This document shows, in pieces, positions 29,604 to 40,800 of a DNA stretch of 64,000 bases. Under the pieces are notes generated by a model, which was not told the DNA's origin, made no database searches, and saw nothing but the letters and a program-made list of their open reading frames with translations. The position numbers were made by a program, and so were the translations under genes. Source of the DNA: a virus. Every line of letters begins with the position of its first letter. Within the stretch, counting starts at the first letter, position 1. Location of the stretch: positions 10,485 to 74,484 of the IMG/VR virus record IMGVR_UViG_3300042887_003609, one strand, 5' to 3'.

Positions 29604-32600
29604 TATCTAAATGACTTTAACAACTTATTATTTGCTACTTTAAATAGTAATTTAGAAGACCCTGAAAATAGTTTTCTAAGAAGAACTCTATTTACATAAT
29701 GCCTAAATTTCTTTCTTTCAGTAGCCCCCTTATTATAATTTACATAACTTGAGTTAATATTCCTAATGTAACCATTGGATTCTACTAACCACATAGGTAT
29801 AGGATTATTTCTATCAGCAGTAATATCCCAGAATTGATTGAATCTATATTTCTGTTCTACTTTAGAATATAGAATATCAATGTTAGTAGCATTAACTTGT
29901 GGATAATTAAGTATCTGATATGGTGATGTTGGGGTTAAATTAAGTTTTAAAGTACCAGACATTTGTTCTGTATTATAAATAACAGCTTCGTCAAAGTTTT
30001 GGGTAAGCTGATGATACTTATTATTACAAGTTTCATCATATGTATAACACTCTAAAGCATACTCTACAGATCTAGTAGTTGTAACTTCCTGTCCTTGATT
30101 TTGTACATATTCAATTTCAAAAGGATATGGAACTCCATAGTAGTTACAGAATAAATCACATCTATCATTATGTTTCCAGATTTGATTATTTAAAATAGTT
30201 AGAAACTTAGACTTACTTCCTAAAGTTAAATTAGGATGCCAGTCATGGAATGATATCCAGGCTTTAGCTTTTAAATCATATGATACAGTCCAAGAGGCAT
30301 TTTCAAAATAGGTAGGATTACCAAGTAAAACTGTTCCGCCATTTACTAAGTTTATAAACTTTCCGTCCTTATCATAAATTAGTTTATTCTTAAACTGGGG
30401 TTTAAGTTTGAAATCTCTTTTTAAAACATATACAATTTCATTATCATTGTCATAAACACTTTGACAACCTACTCCAACAATTGTATTATCTAGTAGATCA
30501 AAGTCTTGAAAATCATTTAGAATTTGGTATTGTAAAAACTCATTAAACCACCACTTCATTCCGGTTTTGGATATGTCATTAAGACCAACTCCAAAACTAA
30601 ATACTTTACCCTGGTTAGCTGAAATATAGAATACTCCACCTGGTGTATTTAAAACTGATAATCTACTTTGACAAGAACCATATTCTATTTCACTATCTAC
30701 AGAAATAATATTTTGTAGAGGTTGACCGGTAAATAAACCACCGTCTCCTATAGTAAGTTTAGTTCCTGAGTTTAAATCTATTTGCTCAGTTCCTTGCATT
30801 AATATAGGACTTTGACTTTCAAGCATTATTATAGCTCCTGTTCTACCAACAGGTTTCATAGCAATAACTCTACTTGAGAAATCATAATAGTTATTAGCAA
30901 GGAATTGTTTCCAGTTATCTTTAAGTAATTCTTTTTGTTGTGGTAAAGAATATATTACCCTTTTTGGATAATAAATGTAACATTCTTCTGCTATACTTGG
31001 ATCATAAGATCTTGCTTGCAAATTACCCCAAGATATAAAAGATGAATAATGCTTAACTAAACTTAATGAATAATCATATTTGTAGTAGTTTATATCCCGT
31101 ATAACGTTAGGATCGAATAAAGACTCATAATCAGTATAAGTATAAAAATCATAATGTCTTTTACCCCTGTCTTCTTCATAATCTCTTAAAGCTAAATTAA
31201 TTTCTGATTCAACATAAAAATCTCTTATTCCAGAATTAAACAAATACATGTAAGCATTCTTAAGTATAAGTAATCCTGAAACTTTTTGTCTATCTAAATG
31301 AGAAAAATCATTTGGTAAAGTACTAGCAGAAAAACCTCCTAGTACACCTGATATAAAGTTAGTAGAATCAAACTTAGTAGTATTCATCCAATATCTAGGA
31401 TAAGGAAGCATATTATAAAGTCTATAATCATACTCAGTCCCATCAGGAAGATTTTCCATCCATTTTGAGAAATAAAAGAACGTATTCTTTTCAGTATATC
31501 TATTAATGTAAACATCCCCTCCAAAAATTACATCCGTTCTATCTTTTTGATTATATCCTCTATTCCAGAGTTGAATACATCCAACCGGTATTTGTTTGAT
31601 TTGTTCAAGTTGTCCATATTGATTATCAATTGCAACTTTTAAAGCTGCATACTTTGTTACAGAAGTAGATGTCTGTGAGTAATCCCAAGGTCTAGCATAA
31701 ACATCTCTTTCACTAGCATCTACGGGTCTTACTCTACCATTCTCATTTTTTGCAATATTCTTTACTGTAAATAAAGTATTATCTCTTGTATCTCTATTAA
31801 GAGTAGTGTTGGTAGAAACTACAACTGTTTTTGCTCTTAAAATATTATTAATCGTATAGTCTTCAGTATAGTCTTGACTAGCTGATTGTAAATAAACAGA
31901 CTTATCTAAACTACGTCTTCTTTGACCAATAGGACTATACTCAAAATTAGAATAAAAACCATGTGATACATACTGTAATGCATACTGTTGATATTTAGAA
32001 AAAGACTTGATTCCTTCCATAATATTATCAGTAGCTTGTACATAGAAGTATGTAAATAAAACACTCTTATAGGTTAATGTTAAAGCTAAACCTCCAACTA
32101 AAGCCAAAATTCCAGCATCAGTAAAACCTGTTGAAGCACTTAGTGAACTTGATAAAGCAGTATATTTTGCTAGTAATTCTAGTTGAGCTAATGGACCACC
32201 ATCTGCAGCATCTGCTGCTGTTCTTCCAATAGCTACTCCAGCAACTGAAGAAAGAAAGAAAAGTACATCTGTAGCTAATTTATTCTTAGAATGATTATCT
32301 ATTTCTTTAAATCTTCCGGTTACTGCTCCAGTTAATGTACCATACACTTTTAATTCACTAGCAGATAAGAAAGGATTACGAAAATTAGTTTCAGGTGAAT
32401 GGAATGAAAATATATCATCTTTAACACCATCAAAAAGTATTACATCATCATTACCTGTAGAACTATCAAATAAATCATTATCTCTATAAGCACCACCACG
32501 GGTTTGAGTATAAGTCTTATTATTGTTTACTAGTTCTTTATCTCTTCCTAAGAATGGATCATAACCTGTATAGTTATAAGGATAGTTTACATACAATCCG

Positions 32601-34348
32601 GTTTTATTAGAAACATCATTTGGAATATCATATTCTCTCATGTTGTTTATAATACCTTTTGCTAATATAGATCTATGACCTTCTCTTGAACCTCTTAAGA
32701 TTTCATAACCTACTATATTAGTAATTGGGTTACCTTGGTTATCAACTGGAAACTCAATATTTTCAAATTCAACACCCAAGATTACAATTGTATTATCTGC
32801 AGGATCATAGTTTCTAACTGTAGCTAAAGGACTTCTATTATCTCCATAGATTGCATCTTCTGGAAATTTATGATGTCTGATTGCTTTACCACAAAGTTCA
32901 CCCCATACATCTGCTTTATTATCAGGATATCTTTCTGTAGATTCCCAATAACCCATATCACCAGATAAAACAACAGTACCTCCATCTTGTAATACAGAAC
33001 TTGCATAAGATGTAATAGAAGCTGTTGATTCTACTTTCCATCTTTGTAAAGATATATCATTACCGGCATCCGGTCCATTAACTAAAAATGTATCAGATGT
33101 TTTAGAAGATCTTCCAGGAATATGATAAGAAGCTGATTTCTCTCCTGTATTATATATCCATCTTATAAAGAATGAATATACTTCATCTCTCATAAAAGAT
33201 GTTTTATTTCCACTCTTATAATAATACTCAGAAGAATATTTTACAGCTACCCACTTAGCTTTTATTTTATTAGCTTTTACTTGGTAATTAAAATCAAGAC
33301 TTGTAGTTGGACCAACTCTTACTAAATAGTTGTTCACTTTAAACATAGCGTCTGATTTTTCATACACTGGAGTTCTTAAAGGAATTAATTCAATAGGAAC
33401 TGAAGGTAATGCATTATCAATAAGATCTAAAGATACTTTATTAATATTAGTGCTATATACACCTATACTCTTTGCTACAGTCTGTTGATTAATAAAACTT
33501 ATAATAACTAACTCAAATTCATCATAGTCAGAATCTAAATTATCAAAATAAATATCTAAAGAACCTGAAAGATTTTCATGTGTCCACAATGGTTGCACAT
33601 TAGATATAGTAATATAATCAGTTACCTTAATACTATTAACTGTATATGCAATAGTTGCTTGATAAGATCCATTAGGTAATGAACCTAAACCCAATCCTTT
33701 TTCTACAGTTATACAAGGTACACTTGTTAATGTAGCCAATCTTAATGCGTCACAATCAATATCATTAGTAGGGATTGTAACATCACAATCAGGGTTATTA
33801 TTATTACTATCAGCTGGAGCTGGTACTTGTGTATATGGTACACCCGGCCATTTACCAAAAACATTTAAGTTAGGCCAACTATCAGGATTACCAATATTTA
33901 AAGTTCTAGATGGATTTAAACCATCATCCCAATACAATTGCATTGAGCAATCAGCATTACCTTTTGATACACCAATGATAGGTTTAACTTTAGAAAAGTT
34001 TAACTTACATGTACTAAGTGAATCATTTACTATAGTATAGTAACTACATGTATCTTCTATAAACAATCCTATCTCAGAAGGTAATCCATCTTGAATAGTA
34101 TGATTGTTTGTACTATATATAGCCCATCTACCTGCACTAATATATACCGAACCAATTATTTGATATGGTGCTTGAGTACAAAGTATATTACCTTGTTCAT
34201 TACCAATAACACCTATATCACCAGAATCAGAATTATTAACAACATTTCTAGCATGTGTCCATTGTCCTTCTGAGATATAAATATCATTAATATCTTTATA
34301 TAGACCTTTGTTAAAAACTTCGGTATGTACTGTACTAGTGTTTTGCAT
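29603..34348 (-). CDS. Tail stabilisation/muzzle-like protein (crAss-like Tstab)
   Basis: 1581 aa, beta-rich. N-terminal FNKGLYKD...ARN, internal FMRDEVYSFFI and FHSPE, C-terminal SWTVSYD...WISFHDWHP. Follows the tail tubular/ring genes. Confidence 0.75.
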   Translation of the reverse strand: MQNTSTVHTEVFNKGLYKDINDIYISEGQWTHARNVVNNSDSGDIGVIGNEQGNILCTQAPYQIIGSVYISAGRWAIYSTNNHTIQDGLPSEIGLFIEDTCSYYTIVNDSLSTCKLNFSKVKPIIGVSKGNADCSMQLYWDDGLNPSRTLNIGNPDSWPNLNVFGKWPGVPYTQVPAPADSNNNNPDCDVTIPTNDIDCDALRLATLTSVPCITVEKGLGLGSLPNGSYQATIAYTVNSIKVTDYITISNVQPLWTHENLSGSLDIYFDNLDSDYDEFELVIISFINQQTVAKSIGVYSTNINKVSLDLIDNALPSVPIELIPLRTPVYEKSDAMFKVNNYLVRVGPTTSLDFNYQVKANKIKAKWVAVKYSSEYYYKSGNKTSFMRDEVYSFFIRWIYNTGEKSASYHIPGRSSKTSDTFLVNGPDAGNDISLQRWKVESTASITSYASSVLQDGGTVVLSGDMGYWESTERYPDNKADVWGELCGKAIRHHKFPEDAIYGDNRSPLATVRNYDPADNTIVILGVEFENIEFPVDNQGNPITNIVGYEILRGSREGHRSILAKGIINNMREYDIPNDVSNKTGLYVNYPYNYTGYDPFLGRDKELVNNNKTYTQTRGGAYRDNDLFDSSTGNDDVILFDGVKDDIFSFHSPETNFRNPFLSASELKVYGTLTGAVTGRFKEIDNHSKNKLATDVLFFLSSVAGVAIGRTAADAADGGPLAQLELLAKYTALSSSLSASTGFTDAGILALVGGLALTLTYKSVLFTYFYVQATDNIMEGIKSFSKYQQYALQYVSHGFYSNFEYSPIGQRRRSLDKSVYLQSASQDYTEDYTINNILRAKTVVVSTNTTLNRDTRDNTLFTVKNIAKNENGRVRPVDASERDVYARPWDYSQTSTSVTKYAALKVAIDNQYGQLEQIKQIPVGCIQLWNRGYNQKDRTDVIFGGDVYINRYTEKNTFFYFSKWMENLPDGTEYDYRLYNMLPYPRYWMNTTKFDSTNFISGVLGGFSASTLPNDFSHLDRQKVSGLLILKNAYMYLFNSGIRDFYVESEINLALRDYEEDRGKRHYDFYTYTDYESLFDPNVIRDINYYKYDYSLSLVKHYSSFISWGNLQARSYDPSIAEECYIYYPKRVIYSLPQQKELLKDNWKQFLANNYYDFSSRVIAMKPVGRTGAIIMLESQSPILMQGTEQIDLNSGTKLTIGDGGLFTGQPLQNIISVDSEIEYGSCQSRLSVLNTPGGVFYISANQGKVFSFGVGLNDISKTGMKWWFNEFLQYQILNDFQDFDLLDNTIVGVGCQSVYDNDNEIVYVLKRDFKLKPQFKNKLIYDKDGKFINLVNGGTVLLGNPTYFENASWTVSYDLKAKAWISFHDWHPNLTLGSKSKFLTILNNQIWKHNDRCDLFCNYYGVPYPFEIEYVQNQGQEVTTTRSVEYALECYTYDETCNNKYHQLTQNFDEAVIYNTEQMSGTLKLNLTPTSPYQILNYPQVNATNIDILYSKVEQKYRFNQFWDITADRNNPIPMWLVESNGYIRNINSSYVNYNKGATERKKFRHYVNRVLLRKLFSGSSKLLFKVANNKLLKSFR

Positions 34349-35205
34349 TACAATCTAAAACTATTGGGATTATAACTTTTGAACATGTCATAGTATAAGT
34401 AGTTCATAGCTTTTCTATTCATGTTCATCATTTTTTTCATTTCATTAAAGTCAGGAGTATTAACCAAAGACAATGCATTATTTCTAGCTCCTCTTAGTCT
34501 CTGTTCAATTAAATTTAATTTTTGAATTACTTCCTCACCATTCATGTATAAGTTCTCAAGAATCCTTTGTTTCAATGCATACTCATAGTATTCATTAATA
34601 ACTGGATTATCAATAACTAATAAGTTACCTTCTTCATCTTCTAAAGTACCTTGGTAGTTTACATATATTTTACCACTGTCTATATTTAAAAAGATATAAC
34701 CATCTTTTAGTCTACCTTGAAAAGGAGATCTCCAAGTATAATCAGGGCAGTCACAAGATATTGTTTTAGAACTTCCAGACATTGCAATAGGAGCATTAAC
34801 TTCATAAGTTCTTGTCTCATATTTTAATTTCTGAATAACTTGAATGTACTGTCCACAATCATTTATACATACAGAATTACATGGAGTATTATCAGGTATG
34901 TTTTCAAGTATTACATCTTCTGTGTGTGTTCCTGACATAGCAGGTTCTTCTACTGTATATTGACCACATAACAAGACATAGTTTAAAACATAAAAATCAT
35001 CCGGTAGTCTTACTTTCTTATTTGAAATATCAAGAACTGTTTCCTTAGTCATGTTTATTCTTAAACCCAAATCATAGTTGACCCTTTGTACAACTTTGAT
35101 TAATTGCTGTGGTTCAATCATATTCTCTAATGAATACATAGAGAAGTCAATACTGACATCCTCTAGTAACTCATCAAAAGTTTTGTATTTTAATTCTGTA
35201 AGCAT
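34348..35205 (-). CDS. Tail tubular/ring protein
   Basis: 285 aa, KVRLPDDF...IYVNYQG...DEEGNLLVID. Directly upstream of the Tstab-like gene, with translational coupling. Confidence 0.65.
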   Translation of the reverse strand: MLTELKYKTFDELLEDVSIDFSMYSLENMIEPQQLIKVVQRVNYDLGLRINMTKETVLDISNKKVRLPDDFYVLNYVLLCGQYTVEEPAMSGTHTEDVILENIPDNTPCNSVCINDCGQYIQVIQKLKYETRTYEVNAPIAMSGSSKTISCDCPDYTWRSPFQGRLKDGYIFLNIDSGKIYVNYQGTLEDEEGNLLVIDNPVINEYYEYALKQRILENLYMNGEEVIQKLNLIEQRLRGARNNALSLVNTPDFNEMKKMMNMNRKAMNYLYYDMFKSYNPNSFRL

Positions 35206-35876
35206 TAGCGGTTAACATTAATATTATCATCAGACATATCAGTAGGTATTTGCAACCTCTGCATTAAATCACCAATAGCCATTTTTTCTATTTCAGCAAA
35301 TAGAAACTCTGGTATATTTATTTGTTGGTTTTGTCTTTTAACACAACTTACTTTATTATCTCCAATAGTACTTACATCATATGTAAAAACACCTTCTATC
35401 TTTACGGCATCCCAATCTATATTTGGAAAGTAAAGATATCCGTTTAAGAACCAAAAGTATTTGTTGTTATTATATTTAAAGCTTTTACTTTTACTCATTG
35501 ATGTATATATACCAGGAGTTGTACCAAACATCTCAACAGATCCATCTATTGATGCAACTGTACGGATAAGTGGGCCCCAATAACCTTCCATAAAAGTAGG
35601 AAGCTTTTCTTTAGTTCTTTTTATTAAACACCCTGATTTAATACCAGCACAACAGGCTTCAATTTTATCTATATCAATAAGCTCTACACATGGAAGAGTT
35701 TGCCAAATAGAATTAAATTTCATCAGCTTATTTGCTGAATCTTGTCTACGCATTAATACTTGTGCATATTTTAATACTACACTATATACGTATCTATCAG
35801 TAAGAAAAGCATCTTGCCTTACTCCTTTAACCTGGTTCTTTACACGGGATACTACCGTTTTAATTATTGTTGACAT
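35205..35876 (-). CDS. Tail ring/structural protein
   Basis: 223 aa, WQTLPCVELIDID...RTKEKLP...YFWFLNGYLYF; conserved crAss-like tail gene position. Confidence 0.6.
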   Translation of the reverse strand: MSTIIKTVVSRVKNQVKGVRQDAFLTDRYVYSVVLKYAQVLMRRQDSANKLMKFNSIWQTLPCVELIDIDKIEACCAGIKSGCLIKRTKEKLPTFMEGYWGPLIRTVASIDGSVEMFGTTPGIYTSMSKSKSFKYNNNKYFWFLNGYLYFPNIDWDAVKIEGVFTYDVSTIGDNKVSCVKRQNQQINIPEFLFAEIEKMAIGDLMQRLQIPTDMSDDNINVNR

Positions 35877-35878
35877 GA

Positions 35879-36475
35879 CTAATCAAAATTAAATTCGTCA
35901 TAAGTCACTAAAGAAGCCTGATCTATTACCTTTGGAGTGTATAAAGATAGATACTTTGGGTTCTTAGAAAATATTTTAGATACCTTTTGAAACTTCTGTA
36001 TCTTTATATATTTCTCCCATTCTTCCGGGTATCTTTTTGCTAGTGTTCTTTTAAATTGTCTCACTGCAGAAAATCCCCAAAGTTCTCTATTGGTAAACTT
36101 ATATTTATTTGCGTAGTTAGTATAAAAGATCTTAGCAAGTTTAGAATCAGATTCTAAATTGTTATGAGTCACTTTTACATCTAACTCCTTAGACAAAATA
36201 TAATTGACGTTATGTTTGGTATTTGGTTTATCACATGTACCTATAAACATATAACCTAAGTTTTCAGGTAATGCAATACCATCCCTTTCATCAAGTACAG
36301 TTTGCCAAAGTTTACCGTTAAACATCTTTACAATTTTTTTAAAAGTATCAATGTCTAACTCTTCATATTCCGGGTGCTCTTTTTTAAATTCTTCAAAAGT
36401 TAAAGAGTTTAATAGATTTAAATGTTTCTTTCTAAATCTAGGAGCGTGTATATCAGGTGCCTTGAATGACTTCAT
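35879..36475 (-). CDS. HU/IHF-like DNA-binding protein
   Basis: 198 aa, basic. The segment IVKMFNGKL...GIALPENLGYMFIG resembles HU/IHF, and crAss-like phages carry IHF-like genes before the tail genes. Confidence 0.55.
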   Translation of the reverse strand: MKSFKAPDIHAPRFRKKHLNLLNSLTFEEFKKEHPEYEELDIDTFKKIVKMFNGKLWQTVLDERDGIALPENLGYMFIGTCDKPNTKHNVNYILSKELDVKVTHNNLESDSKLAKIFYTNYANKYKFTNRELWGFSAVRQFKRTLAKRYPEEWEKYIKIQKFQKVSKIFSKNPKYLSLYTPKVIDQASLVTYDEFNFD

Positions 36476-36483
36476 TGCTTGAC

Positions 36484-36499
36484 TACATTAATAAGATAC
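36484..36499 (-). promoter_or_regulatory. Putative late promoter
   Basis: GTATCTTATTAATGTA, 8 nt upstream of the ATG. Confidence 0.5.
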
Positions 36500-36514
36500 A
36501 AAAAATTAGGGACA

Positions 36515-37702
36515 TTAAATAGCATTATAAATAAACTCTGCAATCTTACCTTCATCATAAGAATGTATATCAATTATAGCTGCCCGTTTGTTACCTACAA
36601 ATTTATTATGATAATGATAATAATCTGTTTTAGATAGACTTGGTAGTATCTTTAAAGTAAAACCGGTACTCTCATCTTCAGTAATATATTCTATAGTTTT
36701 CTTTTTATGATAGTGACCTGTATATAGAGTTCTATATTTAGTAATACCCCATGCTGCTGAATTTTCAGTTGCATAAATTATAAGTGAATTTTTAGTGTTT
36801 GTATCACCATGTTCAAAAGCAAAGAAATTATCACCACATGTAAATACTTTTCTTTCATCATATTCTACATGCCAGTGAATATTTTCTTCTCTTATTGCTT
36901 TAGATAAGGCATGTGCTAAATGATAAGAAGATAATCTATCATGATTACCCGGAATATACACAACATGTAATTCATTAGCATATTCTGACATGTATCTAAT
37001 AGAATTAAATAAAGCATCAAATGCTTGCTTATACATATCATAAGCCATTGGATATTGACCAATTGGCGTACCGGATGTAGTAGTTCCTAAAAAGGTATCT
37101 ACATTTAGAATATCTCCACCTATAACATAGTATAACTTATCTATATTATAGATCTTATCTGTTTTAGTTATAAGATTAACTACAGCTTCTGTATACTCTT
37201 CTGTTATATTATCATTTTCTATTTTACCAAAATGTATATCTTGTATAGATAAAACAGCACAAATATCTTCTAGATTATTTTTTTCTTTTTTTAATCTAGT
37301 TAAAGGTTTATAACTAGGATTATAATTTTTTAATAAATCTTCTAATAAAGTTTCTTCAGTTTTCTTAATTTGAGTTACTAAAGCAGAAACCAACCATTTG
37401 TCATTCTGTTGTTTATTCCAGTATTGAGATAGTTTCCAGACTTCTGTATCAATGTTTAATAACTTAATGATTTCTTCAGGTGTCTTAGGATTTTTACTTG
37501 TTATACATTCTATCCTACTCTCTCCTTTTTCTAAGTTAACTGATTGAGTGTAAGTAACTTGATTAGATGATTTACTAACTAATTCTTTTTTTAATTTAAG
37601 GTAAGTTTCTAAATCTAGATTTAATGATTTAGCACAATAGGCATTAGATTTTTTCCATTTTAATGATGCCTCCACCCTTTTCAATAGTTTAGTATTGTTC
37701 AT
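36515..37702 (-). CDS. Calcineurin-like metallophosphoesterase with N-terminal HTH-like region
   Basis: DIHFGK, GGDILNVD, PGNHD, EHGD and TGHYH metal-binding motifs in the canonical order. Confidence 0.85.
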   Translation of the reverse strand: MNNTKLLKRVEASLKWKKSNAYCAKSLNLDLETYLKLKKELVSKSSNQVTYTQSVNLEKGESRIECITSKNPKTPEEIIKLLNIDTEVWKLSQYWNKQQNDKWLVSALVTQIKKTEETLLEDLLKNYNPSYKPLTRLKKEKNNLEDICAVLSIQDIHFGKIENDNITEEYTEAVVNLITKTDKIYNIDKLYYVIGGDILNVDTFLGTTTSGTPIGQYPMAYDMYKQAFDALFNSIRYMSEYANELHVVYIPGNHDRLSSYHLAHALSKAIREENIHWHVEYDERKVFTCGDNFFAFEHGDTNTKNSLIIYATENSAAWGITKYRTLYTGHYHKKKTIEYITEDESTGFTLKILPSLSKTDYYHYHNKFVGNKRAAIIDIHSYDEGKIAEFIYNAI

Positions 37703-37720
37703 TTTATGGGGTTATGGTTA

Positions 37721-37736
37721 TACAATAATAATATAT
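37721..37736 (-). promoter_or_regulatory. Putative late promoter
   Basis: ATATATTATTATTGTA upstream of the phosphoesterase, just downstream of a terminator. Confidence 0.55.
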
Positions 37737-37754
37737 TTTCTTTAATATCTCTAT

Positions 37755-37790
37755 AAAATAATAAACCCTGGATTTTAACCCAGGGTTTAT
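37755..37790 (-). terminator. Intrinsic terminator
   Basis: 11-bp perfect stem ATAAACCCTGG/CCAGGGTTTAT (37761-37790) followed by a U-rich tail on the minus strand. Confidence 0.8.
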
Positions 37791-37828
37791 CTAACCTCTA
37801 AAACCAACAAAAGAGATTAACGAATGTA
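37755..37828 (-). ncRNA. Candidate small RNA of about 75 nt (two hairpins)
   Basis: Preceded by the late motif at 37829-37844. Hairpin 1 is UUAAUCUCU-[UUUGUUGGUUUU]-AGAGGUUAG; hairpin 2 is a terminator. No plausible ORF. Confidence 0.45.
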
Positions 37829-37844
37829 TACATATATAATATAG
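37829..37844 (-). promoter_or_regulatory. Putative late promoter with no downstream CDS
   Basis: CTATATTATATATGTA, a close match to the motif. Confidence 0.55.
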
Positions 37845-37883
37845 TATTAACCTCTAATATTAGCAAGATAAATTTTATTTATT

Positions 37884-40800
37884 TTACCAAGAGTTTTCCG
37901 TTAATTCTACTTTAGCTACAACCTGCATAGTAAGAGTTCCTCCTCCCACATACGTAGGTGCTGTGAACACCATCGAAAGTTCTTGTGAAGCCCCCGCTGT
38001 ATATGTCATCAATGCCGTACCCGTAATAGAGCCGTCACCTTGAGTACCACTTGTTCCTATTGCAGTAATTGATGAAGTTCCACCAACTCTCTTGAATCCA
38101 AAAGTATTTGTTTCAACCATGTAATCACCTACGGTTACTCCCGTTGCAGTACCACTAATTGCAGTTACTACGGCAACCCATTTAACGGTAACATTCCATG
38201 CACGATTGCTGCCTTCGGGAATAATTAAGTTTGTAGTACCCGTTCCATCAAGAGATAGTGTTAGTGTAGTACCCGTAGTTACGGAAGCACTTCTTCTTCT
38301 TGATACTAATTGAGATGCTTGAGAGTCACCTCTATTTAAAATTAAACTACCATTTGCATGAGCAATTTGACCATATAAGTATGTATCACTTTGTAATCCG
38401 AAAGTTATAGAATAAACATTGCGTGTTGTACTATTTGTACCGAATGAATGACTATTGTTTGCTTGAGCGCTTGCCCCATTTCCAATAGCAATTGCATAAT
38501 TAGCCGCACACCCAATACTATTTTGAAAACCTAAAGTAAAATTTCTAATTCCACTGCTTGAGATTGTATTGTTATGCCCATAGGCTGCACTGTTTTCAGA
38601 AGATACTGTATTTTCCAATCCAAATGATGCACTCTCATTTCCACTAACTAAACTTCCCATAAAAGACGCGCTGTTGCGTGCATTTGCCCTACTATTACAC
38701 CCTGCAGAAAATGAACCATTCCCATTAGCCGTATTTAATGTTCCTCCAGCAATAGAAGCATAACCACCAATTGCAGTGTTTAAATATCCACCTCCAACAA
38801 ATGAATAAACACCACTTGATGTGTTATAAACTCCCCCAACAATAGCACTTCTACATCCAGTCGCACTATTATTTGCACCGCCACCAACAAATGCTGTATG
38901 ACAAGTCGCACAATTATCTTGACCTCCTGATACCGTACTTTGTAAACCAATAGCCTTATTGTTTCTACCTCCACCAATTGTACTAAATACTTGTGTAGCA
39001 CAGTTATTATTACCTCCACCAACAGTTGCCGCTAAATCACACGCTATATTTTCATAACCGCCTCCAACAAATGAAGAAGTACCCGTAGCCAAGTTGTTGC
39101 AACCTCCACCTATGAATGCTGATATACAAGCGCAATTGGAAAATCCTCCCGCTATGGATGAATATGCACCTAATGCTCTGTTTCGTTCGCCTCCTCCAAT
39201 AGAAGAATAAATACCACAAGTTGCATTACTACGACCACCTCCTATAATAGTATTATCACCAATACTACTATTATTATTCCCTCCACCAATAAATGATGAA
39301 CCACCCGACACAACATTGCCTTTGCCTGAACCTAAAGCAGAATATGCACCACTTACAGAATTTGAATCTCCACCGAGAACAGCGGAATATACACCAGTAG
39401 CACCATTTCTAAATCCACCAACAACAGATGCTAACCATCCTGCACCATTTTCCTGACCTCCACCTACAAACGCTCTTCCAAGCCCTGATGCAACATTACA
39501 CACCCCACCTACTACTACAGAACAATCGGTTGTTGCACAATTTCCACGTCCTCCACCAACAAAAGACGCATATCCTGTTGCTTGGTTACCACATCCACCA
39601 ACTACACTTGAATAAACATTAGTAGCGCAGTTGTTTTGCCCTCCACCTACTAAAGTAAAATTACAAGTTGCTTGATTTTGTTGACCACCTACAATAGCAC
39701 TTGTTCTTCCCGAAGATAAATTAGTTTGTCCTGCACCAACAAATGAGTAATTACCACTTGAAGTATTTCCATTACCCGCTACAATACCTGAATATTGACC
39801 ACTTGCAGAATTTGATGTTCCTCCAACTACAACAGACTTTAAAACACTTGCGTTGTTTAGGTTTCCTCCAACTACAACTGAACCATTACCACTTGCAGTA
39901 TTAGATGCACCACCAACCACAATTGAAATATATCCACTTGCACTATTTTGTCTACCCCCAGATATTGTGGAATAAGATGCAGTTGTACTATTTGACAAGC
40001 CTCCTAATATAGATGAAAAATATCCACTTGCAGTGTTTGAACTTCCTCCAACTACAATTGCTCTACTATTGCTTGCATTATTTAAACATCCACTACCAAC
40101 AAATGAACAAGCACCCGTAGCCAAGTTGTTAGAGCCACCACCAATGAATGCCGATGTACAAGCGCAGTTAGAGAATCCACCCGCTACAACGGAATATGAG
40201 CCTAATGCACGGTTAAGTTCTCCACCTAAAATTGAAGAACAAGTACAACTTGCCGTATTGGATGCTCCACCTCCAATGAAAGAACGAGTTGCACTTGCCG
40301 TGTTTGAACTACCACTACCTATAAATGAATTACACCCACTTGCATTATTACCTCTACCGCCACCAACAAATGCATATAAATTACTTGCCGAGTTAATTCT
40401 TCCTCCTGCTACTGTGGCAGCATTTCCACTCGTTGAATTAGCACTTCCACCACCAATAACTCCATATAATGAACTATTTGAATTACTATTACCTCCACTT
40501 ATAGTTGATACTGAACCACTTGCACAGTTACTTGAACCACCACCTATAAATGAACCAGCACCACTTGCAACATTGTTATTGCCACCACCTATAAAAGACC
40601 CATAAGTAGTTGCTCTATTTCCACAACCACCTACAACAGATGAATAAGTTGAAGTGGCACAATTAGATTGACCACCGCCAACAATTCCAAAGTTGCCTTG
40701 AGAAATATTATATTCTCCTCCACCAAGATATGAAGCAAATCCTGTAGCACAGTTTATATGCCCCGCACCAATTCCTGAATACCACTCGGTTGCCTTCATG

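Noticed and set aside
37800-37833. 11-codon ORF MYTFVNLFCWF in the candidate sRNA
   Set aside because: Its ATG lies inside the promoter motif, so it is probably not in the transcript. It is too short to support, although a peptide from read-through RNA cannot be excluded.
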